Source of the DNA: Bacteroidales bacterium
GTDB lineage: Bacteria; Bacteroidota; Bacteroidia; Bacteroidales; UBA3663
Assembly: GCA_045639585.1 (NCBI GenBank)
Contig: JAZUDJ010000109.1
Coordinates: 8,378 to 72,377 of the forward strand
Reading direction: 5' to 3'
DNA: 64,000 nt
Of this stretch, positions 18,625 through 29,158 are shown piece after piece (the stretch's first letter is position 1; each line of letters begins with the position of its first letter). The notes below the pieces were generated by a model, which made no database searches, had not been told where the DNA came from, and worked only from the letters and a program-made list of their open reading frames with translations. Made by a program: the position numbers and the translations under genes.

Positions 18625-18632
18625 CAAAGATA
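18625..18632 (-). promoter_or_regulatory. Bacteroidetes -7 box TATCTTTG upstream of glnS
   Basis: The plus strand reads caaagata, which is TATCTTTG (TAnnTTTG consensus) on the minus strand, 44 nt upstream of the glnS ATG. Confidence 0.5.
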
Positions 18633-18737
18633 CTCATTTTTGGCGATATTCCCAAATCATTCCTCAAAAAAGGATAGACAAATGTCTATATTGGTCATGA
18701 AATGTCAGTAAATAGGTACACGGAGGTGATAATATGT

Positions 18738-18780
18738 GCAAAAACAACACCACCCACACTGCTATTTGCAGCATGGGTGG
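18738..18780 (-). terminator. Hairpin plus U-tract terminator after rpoD
   Basis: Minus strand: ccacccatgctgcaaatagcagtgtgggtgg followed by tgttgtttttgc. The outer stem is 7 bp (ccaccca/tgggtgg), extended by an inner stem. Confidence 0.6.
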
Positions 18781-18836
18781 ATCATTGTATGTAATAAATT
18801 AGGTGCTTACAATTTACTTGTTTCCCTTTTTACCTA

Positions 18837-19697
18837 TTAAAGGTATGCCAAAAGCAGCTTGGCATTAGGGCTGCGACGGATGCGGAGCAATGCACGCTCA
18901 CGGATCTGACGGACACGCTCACGGGTAAGACCCAACTCCTGGCTGACCTCTTCCTGGCTCTTCTCCGGACAGTCGATACCGAAGGTCTCCTTGATGATAC
19001 GAGCCTCGCGCTCCTTGAGGATGCTGTGCAGCAGATTGTCGAGCTCGATGTGGAGGCTCTCGTTGTTGAGCTGAGAGTCGGTTGCGTCGAGCTTGGTGTC
19101 TGGAGTGATGTCGAGAAGGGTACCGTCCTCATCGTCCTGAAGAGGACTGTCGAGGCTGACACCACGGTTGTTGGCAGCCATGGTCTCACGTACCTTATCT
19201 GGAGCTACATCAAGTTCCTCTGCGATCTCCTCGATGGTAGCAGGACGATTCTGCTCCTGCTCAAAGCGGTTCTGGATAACGCGGATCTGACGGATCAGGT
19301 TGTTCTGGTTGCCTGGCAGACGTACCATACGAGCCTGCTCAGAGAGGGCCTGCATGACCGACTGACGGATCCACCAAACAGCGTATGAAATGAATTTCAA
19401 GCCACGGGTCTCATCGAACTTCTCAGCTGCCTTTACGAGGCCGACGTTACCCTCTGAGATGAGGTCGCTGAGTGAAAGACCCTGGTTCTGATAAAGCTTT
19501 GCAACTGACACCACGAAACGGAGGTTGGCACGAACGAGCTTGTCGAGCGCCTGCTGGTCTCCTTTGTGGATGCGCTGCGCCAGATCCACCTCCTCGTCTG
19601 GAGTAACCATGTGCTCTTTGCTGATGGCTGTGAGATAAGACTCGATCGACTCCTCCGTACGACGGGTGATGTTCTGTGTAATCTTAATTTGACGCAT
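18837..19697 (-). CDS. rpoD: Primary RNA polymerase sigma factor (sigma-70 family, short Bacteroidetes type)
   Basis: 286 aa. FISYAVWWIRQS (region 2) and LTRERVRQIRERAL (region 4.2). Confidence 0.95.
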   Translation of the reverse strand: MRQIKITQNITRRTEESIESYLTAISKEHMVTPDEEVDLAQRIHKGDQQALDKLVRANLRFVVSVAKLYQNQGLSLSDLISEGNVGLVKAAEKFDETRGLKFISYAVWWIRQSVMQALSEQARMVRLPGNQNNLIRQIRVIQNRFEQEQNRPATIEEIAEELDVAPDKVRETMAANNRGVSLDSPLQDDEDGTLLDITPDTKLDATDSQLNNESLHIELDNLLHSILKEREARIIKETFGIDCPEKSQEEVSQELGLTRERVRQIRERALLRIRRSPNAKLLLAYL

Positions 19698-19761
19698 AAA
19701 TGATAGTTTTCCTTTGTTAATTTTTCATTCGGACATAGTTGTCCCTTCGAAAAATAGTATG

Positions 19762-19769
19762 CAAAGATA
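19762..19769 (-). promoter_or_regulatory. -7 box TATCTTTG upstream of rpoD
   Basis: The plus strand reads caaagata, 65 nt upstream of the ATG at 19697. Confidence 0.45.
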
Positions 19770-19863
19770 GTAAATGTTCAATAATATAACAAAAAAATCT
19801 CCACAAAATTGTGCTTGTGGAGAAATATTTTGAAAATTGACAAATAGATATGCCAATTTAAGA

Positions 19864-20922
19864 TTATTGAGGATTGCCGTTCTTGAGTAACATGATCAGT
19901 TTCAAGCTCAGGTCGAAGAAGATGATCTTGGCCGAACCATTCTGTGCTATGTCTGCTTCTGCTTTGGCCAGTTCGTCCATGATTCCCTCTACGTTGCGAT
20001 GATTGACAAAGAGGTGAAAACGGCTGCTGAACTGCTCCTCCTCACGACTCATATAATTGAGCTCGGGAGTCGACAGATTCATGATGAAATTCTCTCGGAT
20101 CAATGCTTGGGCGTATTGCAGATAGTTCTGCTGGCGCTGGCGGCCAAGCGTGGCCATCTCCAAACTCCAGTCGCGCATATCGAAGATCTTGCGTGTGTAG
20201 CTCAGTCGCATCATGGCGCAGAAGCGCTCGAAGAAAAGCTCTTTGTCTTCATCGTCACACTTTGGCTGCATCCACGTAGGATCGAGTGGAGGGATGTTGA
20301 GTCGCTGACAACGGCTCTGGATAGTACCAAGGACACGCTCCGGATCGTTGCTGACCAGGAGGAAATAAGTCTTTGGATAAGGCTCTTCGATGATTTTGAG
20401 CAACTTATTCGAAGCTGTCTCATTGATCTTCTCTGGCAACCAGATGATCATCACACGGCTATCACTTGCAAAAGGCTTGGCGCTAAGCTTATGTACGATG
20501 CTGGTGGCTTCGTTCTTGTAGATCTGCGCGTTCTTGCCTTCTTCGCTGATATATTTTACCCAGTCGTTGAAAGAAAGCTCAGGATCACGGAGGAGCTTAT
20601 CGCGCCACTCTGGCAGGTAGTCGTCGCTGACGGCTGAGTTCTCGCCACTCTGACCGCTCTTGTTGACGACGGGGAAGACGAAATGGAGGTCGGGATGCTG
20701 CAGACGCTGCACCATCTTGCAATGATTGCACTGTCCACAAGGTTCACCATCCGCGCTATGATTCTCACAGAGGATATATTGAGCCGCAGCAAGGGCCAAA
20801 GACAACGCTCCTGAACTCTCACGTCCGGAGATCATCAGCGCATGAGGCATCCTGCCATCATCGATGGCCTGCCTGAGCTGCTGAGCCGCTGGTTGCTGCC
20901 CGATTATATCTCTGAAGAACAT
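19864..20922 (-). CDS. holB: DNA polymerase III subunit delta-prime
   Basis: RMPHALMISGRESSGALSLALAAAQYILC, a zinc module CGQCNHC, and SRCQRL (sensor motif). Confidence 0.85.
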   Translation of the reverse strand: MFFRDIIGQQPAAQQLRQAIDDGRMPHALMISGRESSGALSLALAAAQYILCENHSADGEPCGQCNHCKMVQRLQHPDLHFVFPVVNKSGQSGENSAVSDDYLPEWRDKLLRDPELSFNDWVKYISEEGKNAQIYKNEATSIVHKLSAKPFASDSRVMIIWLPEKINETASNKLLKIIEEPYPKTYFLLVSNDPERVLGTIQSRCQRLNIPPLDPTWMQPKCDDEDKELFFERFCAMMRLSYTRKIFDMRDWSLEMATLGRQRQQNYLQYAQALIRENFIMNLSTPELNYMSREEEQFSSRFHLFVNHRNVEGIMDELAKAEADIAQNGSAKIIFFDLSLKLIMLLKNGNPQ

Positions 20923-20923
20923 A

Positions 20924-22909
20924 TTATCTTTCCTTTATTATTCCGTGCTTATACGCCACGAGCAGTTTCTGCAGATTCTCGATCTGCAACTGCAGCTCAT
21001 GACCTTGGTCGGTGTCTCGGACGAGCATACGATGATATTTGAAGTCTTCGAGCTGCACACGTGAATGGATATCGGCACCAGACTTGATGGCTTTATCCTT
21101 TGACTCGAACATCTCATGCTCGACAAGCTGTAAACCGTGGCTATTATATATTAATGTGTAGCCAGAAATACCTGTCGTCTCGTGGTATGGCTTAGAGAAA
21201 CCACCATCGATGACCAGTCGGATGCCATCGGCGCGCATAGGAGACTCACCTTTGTTGGTGCGGACAGGTACGTGACCATTGACGATATGGCTCACTGCTG
21301 GATCCAAACCGAACTCACGGAGGATGTTCTCACAGGCCTGACGCTGGTTGGCCAGGACGAAGAAGGCACCTTTCTTCTCCTTATATAATTCTGGAGCGTC
21401 GACAAAGTAACGCTCGAAGGTCGTCATCTTGTCCTTGTTGAAAAGAGGCGACTTAGGACCCTGCCAGAGATACATCATGTAGTCGAGCGCGTCGTTACGC
21501 TCCTTCGATCCCTTAGGAGAGAAGTAAGCCTTGCGCACCATGCTGTCTACACGCTCCATCAGTTGACGACCCTTGACCAGCTGGCCATCGACCATGACTT
21601 CCTCGAAGGTGCCGTCCTCATTCATCGGGATGGCTGCGTGGAACATCAGGATGTTGTTGCTGACCGTGAAGAGCGAACCCTTCTGGAGCAAAAGACGCAG
21701 ATGAGCCTGCAGTCGCTCTGAGTGACGGAAGGAGTGGGCGAGCTGCTCCATGACTTCTTGCTCACGTTGGCAGAGTTCGTATGGATCTGCCTGTGTCTTA
21801 AGGCTTGGCAGATGCTTGTCGAGCAGCTCGTATTCCTTGCCATCGATCGTGATGGTTCCTTTCTCTAGATTGATCAGATGCAGCATCAGTCGGTCATCCA
21901 TGTTATATTCAGGGTGGCGCTTGATGATCTGTCCGCAGAGCTTGAACTCGATGATCGAGATGGCCTTGTGCATCTTGGCCATGAGCTGGGAAGAACGCTT
22001 CAGTCGAGGATTGTTCTCAAAGTCCTTGGTCTGCCACAAGGTACATGGATCATCGCCATAAACCTCGAAGGCTAAGTTGGCCAATGGCAGGAGGTTGATG
22101 CCATAGCCTTCCTCCAGCGTCTCTACATTGGCATAGCGGATAGAGATACGCAAGACGCTGGCGATCAGCGCTAAATTACCAGCTGCAGCACCCATCCACT
22201 CGATGTCGTGGTTACCCCACTGGATGTCGAAATTATGGTAGTTGGTGAGCTCAGTCATGATCTTGGCAGCTCCCGGACCTCGGTCGAAGATATCGCCGAC
22301 GATGTGTAGCTTGTCGATGATCAGGCGGTGGATGAGATTACAGATGGCAATGAGCAGAGCATCTGCACGGTCAATCTCCACGATGGCATTGATGATGGCG
22401 TTGTAGTAATCCTGACGATCGCTCTCTGACTTGCTCTCAAAGAGAAGCTCCTCGATGACGTAGGCAAAGTCGCTTGGCATCATCTTGCGTACCTTGCTGC
22501 GAGTATATTTGACGGTGACGAAACGAGCCACCTCGACGACCTGATGGAGACTCATGCGATACCAGTCGGCCAGGTCACGAACATCCTGTTCCTGCTCCTT
22601 GATCAAGGCAAGCTTCTCTTCCGGATAATAGATGAGCGAACAGAGCTCACGTTTGTCAGCCTCTCGCATCGACATGCCGAAGATATCATCCACCTTACGA
22701 CGAATCTGTCCGGAAGCATTCTTCAGGACGTGCGTAAAGGCAGTGGACTCGCCGTGGAGGTCACTGAGGAAGTGTTCTGTACCTTTAGGAAGGCTGAGGA
22801 TCGCCTCAAGGTTGATGATTTCTGTGGCTGCTTTGCTTACTGTCGGGAACTTGTCTGCCAGTAGTTCGAGGTATCTCTTGTCTTCTTTGACGTCGTCAGG
22901 TGTGCACAT
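20924..22909 (-). CDS. fbp: Fructose-1,6-bisphosphatase, class 3
   Basis: 661 aa. The N-terminus KRYLELLADKFPT and the metallophosphatase-like LHIVGDIFDRGP and WGNHD are typical of class-3 FBPase. Confidence 0.9.
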   Translation of the reverse strand: MCTPDDVKEDKRYLELLADKFPTVSKAATEIINLEAILSLPKGTEHFLSDLHGESTAFTHVLKNASGQIRRKVDDIFGMSMREADKRELCSLIYYPEEKLALIKEQEQDVRDLADWYRMSLHQVVEVARFVTVKYTRSKVRKMMPSDFAYVIEELLFESKSESDRQDYYNAIINAIVEIDRADALLIAICNLIHRLIIDKLHIVGDIFDRGPGAAKIMTELTNYHNFDIQWGNHDIEWMGAAAGNLALIASVLRISIRYANVETLEEGYGINLLPLANLAFEVYGDDPCTLWQTKDFENNPRLKRSSQLMAKMHKAISIIEFKLCGQIIKRHPEYNMDDRLMLHLINLEKGTITIDGKEYELLDKHLPSLKTQADPYELCQREQEVMEQLAHSFRHSERLQAHLRLLLQKGSLFTVSNNILMFHAAIPMNEDGTFEEVMVDGQLVKGRQLMERVDSMVRKAYFSPKGSKERNDALDYMMYLWQGPKSPLFNKDKMTTFERYFVDAPELYKEKKGAFFVLANQRQACENILREFGLDPAVSHIVNGHVPVRTNKGESPMRADGIRLVIDGGFSKPYHETTGISGYTLIYNSHGLQLVEHEMFESKDKAIKSGADIHSRVQLEDFKYHRMLVRDTDQGHELQLQIENLQKLLVAYKHGIIKER

Positions 22910-22998
22910 GATATATTAATAGTGTTGCGGTCAATAGATATTGATTGGCCAATTTTGACCGCAAAGTAAATGATTATTTTCGAATAAAACAAATTTTT

Positions 22999-24306
22999 TT
23001 AGAGATTTCTTTTCATTGCTTCGCATACAATGAAGTTTGAACCTCCGATGAATGCTATTTCCTGGCCATTCAGATGGCTTAAGGCTGCATCTATTGCCTC
23101 ATCAATACTCTCACAAACCAGTCCTGACAAAGCGTGCTTAGAGGCCATTTCTGCAAGCTTTTCAGCAGGCAGAGCACGTGGAGTAGGAGCGTTGCAGAAA
23201 TAGTAAGTTGCCTCGGTAGGAAGCTGCTTCAGCACGGCGTCGATATCCTTGTCGCTGACCATTCCGAAGACGATGTGCAGCGGATGACCCTCTGCGATGA
23301 GCTGCTTCAGCTGAGGACCGATGTAGCTGAAACATCCCTCGTTATGACCTGTGTCGCAGAGGACGCGTGTGCTACCGTCTTCGTAGGTCGATAAGGTCTC
23401 CCATCTTCCACGCAGATGAGTCAGCGTCAGCACCTCTTTGAAACCACGAGCCACGACTTCCTGCGAGAGCTCCATCCCTTCTTGTCTAAGGATCTGGATC
23501 GCATTCAGCACCGTGTTGGCATTCTTTGGCTGGCAGTCACCAGTGAGTGGACAGAAGATTTCTCCGTCATCAAGCGTTGTATAGAGATTGCCTCCAACCT
23601 CATGCTGCACCCATTTCACCTGTCTGCGGTCACATGCAAAATAGAGACGGCTCACCTCATGCAACTGCGCGTTCTGCTCGAAGGTAAAGCGGACGCGATC
23701 GTCCTCGCATTCTCCAATGACACAAGGTACGCCCGGCTTCATGATACCCGCTTTCTCTGCGGCAATCTGTGGCAAAGTATCACCCAGGAACTGCGTATGA
23801 TCCATCGAGATATTTGTGATGATCGATAGGATAGGCGTGATGATATTCGTTGAATCCAGTCGGCCACCAAGACCTACTTCAATAATTGCGATATCTGCCT
23901 GACGATCTGCAAAATAGCAGAACGCCATCATCGTAGCAAGTTCGAAGAAGGAAGGCTGGAATTCTTTCAGTTCGTCGATGTGTTTCTCCGTCCATTCCAC
24001 CACGTAGTCATGATCGATTTCCTCGCCATTGACACGGATTCTCTCGCTGAAATCCACGAGGTGAGGAGAGGTGAAGAGTCCCACCTTATAACCCGCACAC
24101 TGCAGGATGGCAGCTAACGTGTGGCTGGTGCTACCCTTGCCATTCGTACCGGCCACATGGATGGTCTTGAATTGTGTATGTGGATGTCCTAAAACCTGGT
24201 CCATGCCCTCGCATCGCTCCAATCCTGGCTTGTAGGCGTGAGCTCCCTGGCTCTCGAAGACGGGCAGTTGGGCAAAGAGATAATCCAAAGTTTCCTGATA
24301 GGTCAT
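22999..24306 (-). CDS. folC: Folylpolyglutamate synthase / dihydrofolate synthase
   Basis: HVAGTNGKGST P-loop and Mur-ligase-like architecture; 435 aa. Confidence 0.9.
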   Translation of the reverse strand: MTYQETLDYLFAQLPVFESQGAHAYKPGLERCEGMDQVLGHPHTQFKTIHVAGTNGKGSTSHTLAAILQCAGYKVGLFTSPHLVDFSERIRVNGEEIDHDYVVEWTEKHIDELKEFQPSFFELATMMAFCYFADRQADIAIIEVGLGGRLDSTNIITPILSIITNISMDHTQFLGDTLPQIAAEKAGIMKPGVPCVIGECEDDRVRFTFEQNAQLHEVSRLYFACDRRQVKWVQHEVGGNLYTTLDDGEIFCPLTGDCQPKNANTVLNAIQILRQEGMELSQEVVARGFKEVLTLTHLRGRWETLSTYEDGSTRVLCDTGHNEGCFSYIGPQLKQLIAEGHPLHIVFGMVSDKDIDAVLKQLPTEATYYFCNAPTPRALPAEKLAEMASKHALSGLVCESIDEAIDAALSHLNGQEIAFIGGSNFIVCEAMKRNL

Positions 24307-24344
24307 TTGTGCTAAAAATTATATGATTCTCTAATTAAGTGGCG

Positions 24345-24352
24345 CAAAGATA
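24345..24352 (-). promoter_or_regulatory. -7 box TATCTTTG upstream of folC
   Basis: The plus strand reads caaagata, 39 nt upstream of the ATG at 24306. Confidence 0.5.
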
Positions 24353-24437
24353 CTATATTTTTTGTATCTCGCCAAATTTCTTTTAAAATATCGTCAACAT
24401 AATCGTCTTTAAATTTGGAAGTCTCGATTAAAAGCAG

Positions 24438-24445
24438 TATCTTTG
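24438..24445 (+). promoter_or_regulatory. -7 box TATCTTTG upstream of ftsY
   Basis: tatctttg lies 20 nt upstream of the ATG at 24465. Confidence 0.5.
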
Positions 24446-24464
24446 CCGCCAAATTTGGTAAAAT

Positions 24465-25424
24465 ATGGGATTTTTCGATAAATTCTTTAAAAAAGAAAAG
24501 AAGGAGACACTCGACCAGGGTATGCAGAAGACCAAGGAGGGTCTCTTCGATAAGATTGCTCGCGCCGTAGCAGGTCGCAGTACGGTCGATGATGATGTCC
24601 TCGATAACCTTGAGGAAGTCCTTGTCACCAGCGATGTCGGTGTCGAGACAACGCTTCGTATCATCGAACGTATTCAGGCTCGTGTAGCTAAAGATAAATA
24701 TGTAGGAACGTCAGAGCTCAATGAGATCCTTCGTCAGGAGATCGCCGCGCTGCTTTCGCTCAATGAGCGTGAGGAGCTCGATGGCTTCACCGTGAAGGAG
24801 GGGGCCAAGCGTCCTTACGTAATGCTCGTCGTAGGTGTCAATGGTGTCGGCAAGACTACTACCATCGGCAAGTTGGCCTATCAGTTCAAGAAGGCTGGCA
24901 ATAAGGTCGTCCTTGGTGCTGCTGATACCTTCCGCGCTGCAGCTATCGATCAGTTGCAGATCTGGGGTGACCGCGTCGGTGTTCCTGTCGTGAAGCAGCA
25001 GATGGGTTCTGATCCTGCCAGCGTGGCATTCGATGCCGTGAGCCATGCTGTCAAGGAAGGCGCTGATGTGGTGATCATCGATACCGCTGGTCGTCTTCAT
25101 AATAAGGTTGGCTTGATGAATGAGCTTGGCAAGATCCGTAAGGTGATCCAGAAGGTCGTTCCAGACAATAATCCTGAGGTGTTGCTTGTGCTCGATGGCT
25201 CTACAGGACAGAACGCATACGAGCAGGCTAAGCAGTTTGCTGCTGTGACCGATGTTACTGCATTGGCCATCACTAAGCTCGACGGTACTGCTAAGGGTGG
25301 TGTTGTCATCGGCATCAGCGATCAGTTGCAGACCCCTGTCCGCTATATCGGCCTGGGTGAGGGTATGGAGGATCTCCAGATCTTCAACAACCGCGCCTTT
25401 GTTGATTCCTTATTCGGTAAATAA
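24465..25424 (+). CDS. ftsY: Signal-recognition-particle receptor FtsY
   Basis: GVNGVGKTTTIGKLA, DTAGR and TKLDGTAKGG. Confidence 0.95.
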   Translation: MGFFDKFFKKEKKETLDQGMQKTKEGLFDKIARAVAGRSTVDDDVLDNLEEVLVTSDVGVETTLRIIERIQARVAKDKYVGTSELNEILRQEIAALLSLNEREELDGFTVKEGAKRPYVMLVVGVNGVGKTTTIGKLAYQFKKAGNKVVLGAADTFRAAAIDQLQIWGDRVGVPVVKQQMGSDPASVAFDAVSHAVKEGADVVIIDTAGRLHNKVGLMNELGKIRKVIQKVVPDNNPEVLLVLDGSTGQNAYEQAKQFAAVTDVTALAITKLDGTAKGGVVIGISDQLQTPVRYIGLGEGMEDLQIFNNRAFVDSLFGK

Positions 25425-25443
25425 CTTCACACATTATACCTAT

Positions 25444-27690
25444 ATGAAAAAACTTACTATCGCTATGACTCTTTTGAGTGCTTCGCTTAGCGCAGGTGCT
25501 CAAGTGACGTTGAACAATGGCATACCTTATCTGATGAATCAGACGGTAGATATGAGCCAGCAGTTCTCTGACGCAACCAACACGTATTTCACCGCTGACT
25601 CCCTGGTCAGCTTCGATACTGCCACCGGTCGTGGCATCATTAAATGGGGACGCAATGAGATCCAGCCACGTCAGGCTTTCAATGCCAACGGCTACTGGAT
25701 CAAGTCATTGGACAATATGGACTTCCCTGGTCCTGCATACGATCAGAGCCCTAACCTTGAGTTCCGCGTGGAGCCAGTCAACGAGCGTACTCTCCGTGTC
25801 CGTGTCTTCACCAGTCCTATCATACCTCAGGACGATCCTGATGAGATCATGCTCGTGGAGCAGCCTAAGGTCGATCTCTCAAAGTGGCAGGTCAATAAGA
25901 CCGCTCAGGGTGTGACCTATACCAGCAGCGAGGGTAGCCTTGAGATCCATACTTATCCTTGGCGTCTCATCCTCCGTGACAAGAATGGTGTGGAGATGAC
26001 TCGTACCCGTGCATTGAGCGACAATGACTCTACACAGGTCAAGACTCAGCCATTCATGTTCGTGAAGCGTGGTTCGGACAACTCTCGCAGCATCGAACCT
26101 GTATTCAGCCTCAAGCCAGGCGAGCGTATCTATGGCTGTGGTGAGTCGGCAACCAGCTTGAACAAGGCTGGACAGAAGCTCAACCTCTTTGTCTGCGATC
26201 CTCAGGGTCCTGAGACTCCAGATATGTACAAGCCAAACCCATTCTACTTCTCTAACCGTGGCTACGGTGTGTTCATGCACACTTCGGCTCCTGTGACGGT
26301 AGATTTCGGTAACAGCTATATCGGCAGCACCCGTCTCTTCATGGCCGACGAGGTGGCTGACCTCTTCATTATGTTGGGTTCACCTAAGGAGATCCTTGGC
26401 GAGTATACCTCACTTGTAGGTCGTCCTGACTGTCCTCCTCTCTGGAGCTTCGGTCTCTGGCAGAGCCGTATCTCTTACTTCACTGAGGCAGAAGGCCGCT
26501 CTGTTGCTAAGCAGTTGCGCGACAATAAGATTCCTGCTGATGTCATTCACTTCGATACAGGTTGGTTCGAGGTTGACTGGCAGTGCGACTATGAGTTCAG
26601 CAAGCAGAACTTTGACAATCCTACCAAGTTGCTCGCTGACCTCAAGGAGCAGGGCTTCCGTACCTGTCTCTGGCAGTTGCCTTACTTCACTCCAAAGAAC
26701 CGTTACTTCAAGGAGCTCGTGGAGAATGGCATGGCTGTGATGAGTCCTCGTGGCGGTCTTCCATTGGAGGATGCTGTCCTTGACTTCTCTAATCCTAAGA
26801 CCGTGGCTTGGTATCAGAGCAAGCTCGAGGGTCTTCTTAAGCAGGGCGTGGCTGTGATCAAGGCTGACTTCGGTGAGGCTGCACCTTATTTAAATGGTAT
26901 GTATGCCAGCGGCAAGACCGGTCTCTATGAGCATAACCTCTATCCAGTTCGCTATAACAAGGCTGCATACGACATTATCAAGAAGACTAACAACGGTGAG
27001 GGTATCATCTGGGGCCGATCAGCATGGGCAGGTAGCCAGCGCTTCCCTCTTCACTGGGATGGCGATGCTGCTACTACCAACACGGGTCTCCTCGGTTCTA
27101 TCCGCGAGGGTCTTTCGTTCGGTCTCTCTGGCTTCTCATTCTGGAGCAACGATATCGGAGGCTTTGTCACTAAGAGTCCTGAAGAACTCTATCGTCGCTG
27201 GATGCCATACGGTATGCTGACCTCACACAGCCGTGTTCACGGTGTGGAGACAGAGCCTTGGCTCTATGATGAGAATTTCATCGCTTACTTCCGTGAGTGC
27301 TCAGAGCTCAAGTACAAGCTCATGCCATATATCTACGAGCAGGCTCAGCAGTCAGCTAAGGCTGGTCTTCCTATGCAGCGTGCATTGCTCCTCGAGTATC
27401 CAGACGATCCTGGTGCATGGTTTATCGAGGATCAGTATCTCTTCGGCGAGAGCATGATGGTTGCTCCAATGCTCGAAGCCGGCACTGGTCGTGACGTATA
27501 TCTTCCAGGCAAGGATCGTTGGGTAGATTATCAGACAGGCAAGACATACGGTCCTGGTTGGAACCACATTGAGTGTGGCAAACTCCCTATCGTCATCCTC
27601 GTGAAGAAAGGTGCTACCATCAAAACCGTCCCAGTTGCCCTTTCAACCGACTTCATCGATTGGAACAAGGTTTCTTCTAAGAAATATTAA
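25444..27690 (+). CDS. Glycoside hydrolase family 31 (alpha-xylosidase/alpha-glucosidase type), secreted
   Basis: The signal peptide MKKLTIAMTLLSASLSAGAQ begins at the in-frame ATG 25444; the track start 25252 lies inside ftsY. GH31 motifs VIKADFGE and HWDGD are present. Confidence 0.85.
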   Translation: MKKLTIAMTLLSASLSAGAQVTLNNGIPYLMNQTVDMSQQFSDATNTYFTADSLVSFDTATGRGIIKWGRNEIQPRQAFNANGYWIKSLDNMDFPGPAYDQSPNLEFRVEPVNERTLRVRVFTSPIIPQDDPDEIMLVEQPKVDLSKWQVNKTAQGVTYTSSEGSLEIHTYPWRLILRDKNGVEMTRTRALSDNDSTQVKTQPFMFVKRGSDNSRSIEPVFSLKPGERIYGCGESATSLNKAGQKLNLFVCDPQGPETPDMYKPNPFYFSNRGYGVFMHTSAPVTVDFGNSYIGSTRLFMADEVADLFIMLGSPKEILGEYTSLVGRPDCPPLWSFGLWQSRISYFTEAEGRSVAKQLRDNKIPADVIHFDTGWFEVDWQCDYEFSKQNFDNPTKLLADLKEQGFRTCLWQLPYFTPKNRYFKELVENGMAVMSPRGGLPLEDAVLDFSNPKTVAWYQSKLEGLLKQGVAVIKADFGEAAPYLNGMYASGKTGLYEHNLYPVRYNKAAYDIIKKTNNGEGIIWGRSAWAGSQRFPLHWDGDAATTNTGLLGSIREGLSFGLSGFSFWSNDIGGFVTKSPEELYRRWMPYGMLTSHSRVHGVETEPWLYDENFIAYFRECSELKYKLMPYIYEQAQQSAKAGLPMQRALLLEYPDDPGAWFIEDQYLFGESMMVAPMLEAGTGRDVYLPGKDRWVDYQTGKTYGPGWNHIECGKLPIVILVKKGATIKTVPVALSTDFIDWNKVSSKKY

Positions 27691-27704
27691 TTTGTCCTTT
27701 TGAA

Positions 27705-29048
27705 ATGATCAAGAATCGTATAGATCTCATTACCTTAGGTTGCTCCAAGAATCTTGTAGATAGTGAGCGCCTGATGGTTCAGTTGTCTGCATGTGGCTAT
27801 AAGCTGCATCATGATCCGGAGGATCCTAAGGGAGAGATTGTGATCGTCAATACCTGCGGATTCATCGGTGACGCTAAGGAGGAGAGTATCAATACGATTC
27901 TTGAACTGACTGAACTCAAGAAGCGTCGCAAGATCGGCAAGATCTTCGTGATGGGATGTCTGAGTGAGCGTTATCACAAGGAACTCACAGATGAGATCCC
28001 GGAGATAGACCGCCTTTATGGCAAGTTCGACTGGAAACAGATTCTTGCAGACCTTGGTCACCAGTGGGACGATAGTCTCCGTAGCAGCAGATTCCAGACG
28101 ACTCCGAAGCACTACGCATATATTAAAATAGGAGAGGGCTGCAACCGTATGTGCGCCTATTGTGCTATCCCGCTTATCACAGGTCGCTATCAGAGCCGTC
28201 CTGTCGATGAGATCCTTGCAGAGGTGGAGTCTCTGGTCAAGGATGGCGTTCATGAGTTCCAGCTCATCGCACAGGACCTTACGGGCTATGGCTATGACCT
28301 CTATGGCCGATATAACATCGCAGAACTGGTCGACAAGATGGCACAGATCGAGGGCGTCAAGTGGATCCGTCTGCACTATGCTTATCCGAATGACTTCCCG
28401 AAGGATCTCCTTCCTGTCATGGCCAAGCATGATAACGTCTGCAAGTACCTTGATATCGCTCTGCAGCACGCCAGCGACCACGTATTGAGCCGTATGCTGC
28501 GCCACGTCACAAAGGCTGAGACAGAAGAGCTGCTGGCAGAAATACGCAAGAAGGTGCCAGGTATCCATCTTCGCACTACGCTGATGGTTGGCTTCCCTGG
28601 TGAGACAGAAGAAGACTTTGAAGAACTACTTGACTTCACTCGTCGTATGCGCTTCGAACGTATGGGAGCCTTCTCCTACAGTGAGGAAGACGGCACCTAC
28701 GCTGCACGTCACTACGAGGACGATATACCAGCAGACGTCAAGCAGGAGCGTCTTGATCGCCTGATGACCTTGCAGGAACAGATCAGCCTCGAATGTCAGG
28801 AGCAGAAAGTCGGTCAGACCTTCAATGTAGTCATCGATCGTCTTGATGGAGAGTATTATGTCGGACGTACAGAGTTCGACAGCCCTGAGGTTGATCCTGA
28901 GATCCTCATTCCAGTTAATTCTCTACCTACAGAGCCTTCTGGCTACGATGATGGTGTCATGGTTCCTATCGCCCTTGAGCCAGGTTCTTTCCATCAGGTT
29001 AAGGTGGAGAGGGCAGAGGCATACGAGCTGATTGGCACGCTGTGCTGA
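27705..29048 (+). CDS. rimO: Ribosomal protein S12 methylthiotransferase
   Basis: N-terminal UPF0004 Cys triad context (ITLGCSKN, VNTCGF, GCLSER), radical-SAM CNRMCAYC and a C-terminal TRAM-like domain. Confidence 0.9.
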   Translation: MIKNRIDLITLGCSKNLVDSERLMVQLSACGYKLHHDPEDPKGEIVIVNTCGFIGDAKEESINTILELTELKKRRKIGKIFVMGCLSERYHKELTDEIPEIDRLYGKFDWKQILADLGHQWDDSLRSSRFQTTPKHYAYIKIGEGCNRMCAYCAIPLITGRYQSRPVDEILAEVESLVKDGVHEFQLIAQDLTGYGYDLYGRYNIAELVDKMAQIEGVKWIRLHYAYPNDFPKDLLPVMAKHDNVCKYLDIALQHASDHVLSRMLRHVTKAETEELLAEIRKKVPGIHLRTTLMVGFPGETEEDFEELLDFTRRMRFERMGAFSYSEEDGTYAARHYEDDIPADVKQERLDRLMTLQEQISLECQEQKVGQTFNVVIDRLDGEYYVGRTEFDSPEVDPEILIPVNSLPTEPSGYDDGVMVPIALEPGSFHQVKVERAEAYELIGTLC

Positions 29049-29158
29049 TTATGCTTTTTCCTTAAAGACCTTTAATATCCATTAAGGTCTCTTAATATCC
29101 TATTGAACAATTAAACTTACCTATAACATTAATATCTAAAACTAAAATAGACAGTCCT

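Noticed and set aside
24307-24464. Switch of gene orientation (all minus from 9.3 to 24.3 kb, all plus from 24.5 to 38.3 kb), considered as a possible replication origin.
   Set aside because: The spacer is only 158 bp. I see no DnaA-box-like TTATCCACA repeats and no dnaA or dnaN nearby. It is fully explained by two divergent -7 promoters.
25252-25443. Upstream-extended starts in the ORF track: GH31 at 25252, the TPR protein at 29308, the phosphatase at 36331, the membrane protein at 59043 and C69 at 56550.
   Set aside because: In each case an in-frame downstream ATG yields a proper signal peptide or TM N-terminus. The extension would overlap the preceding gene (ftsY or the 81-aa ORF), a terminator hairpin (36327-36361) or a -7 promoter box (59071).
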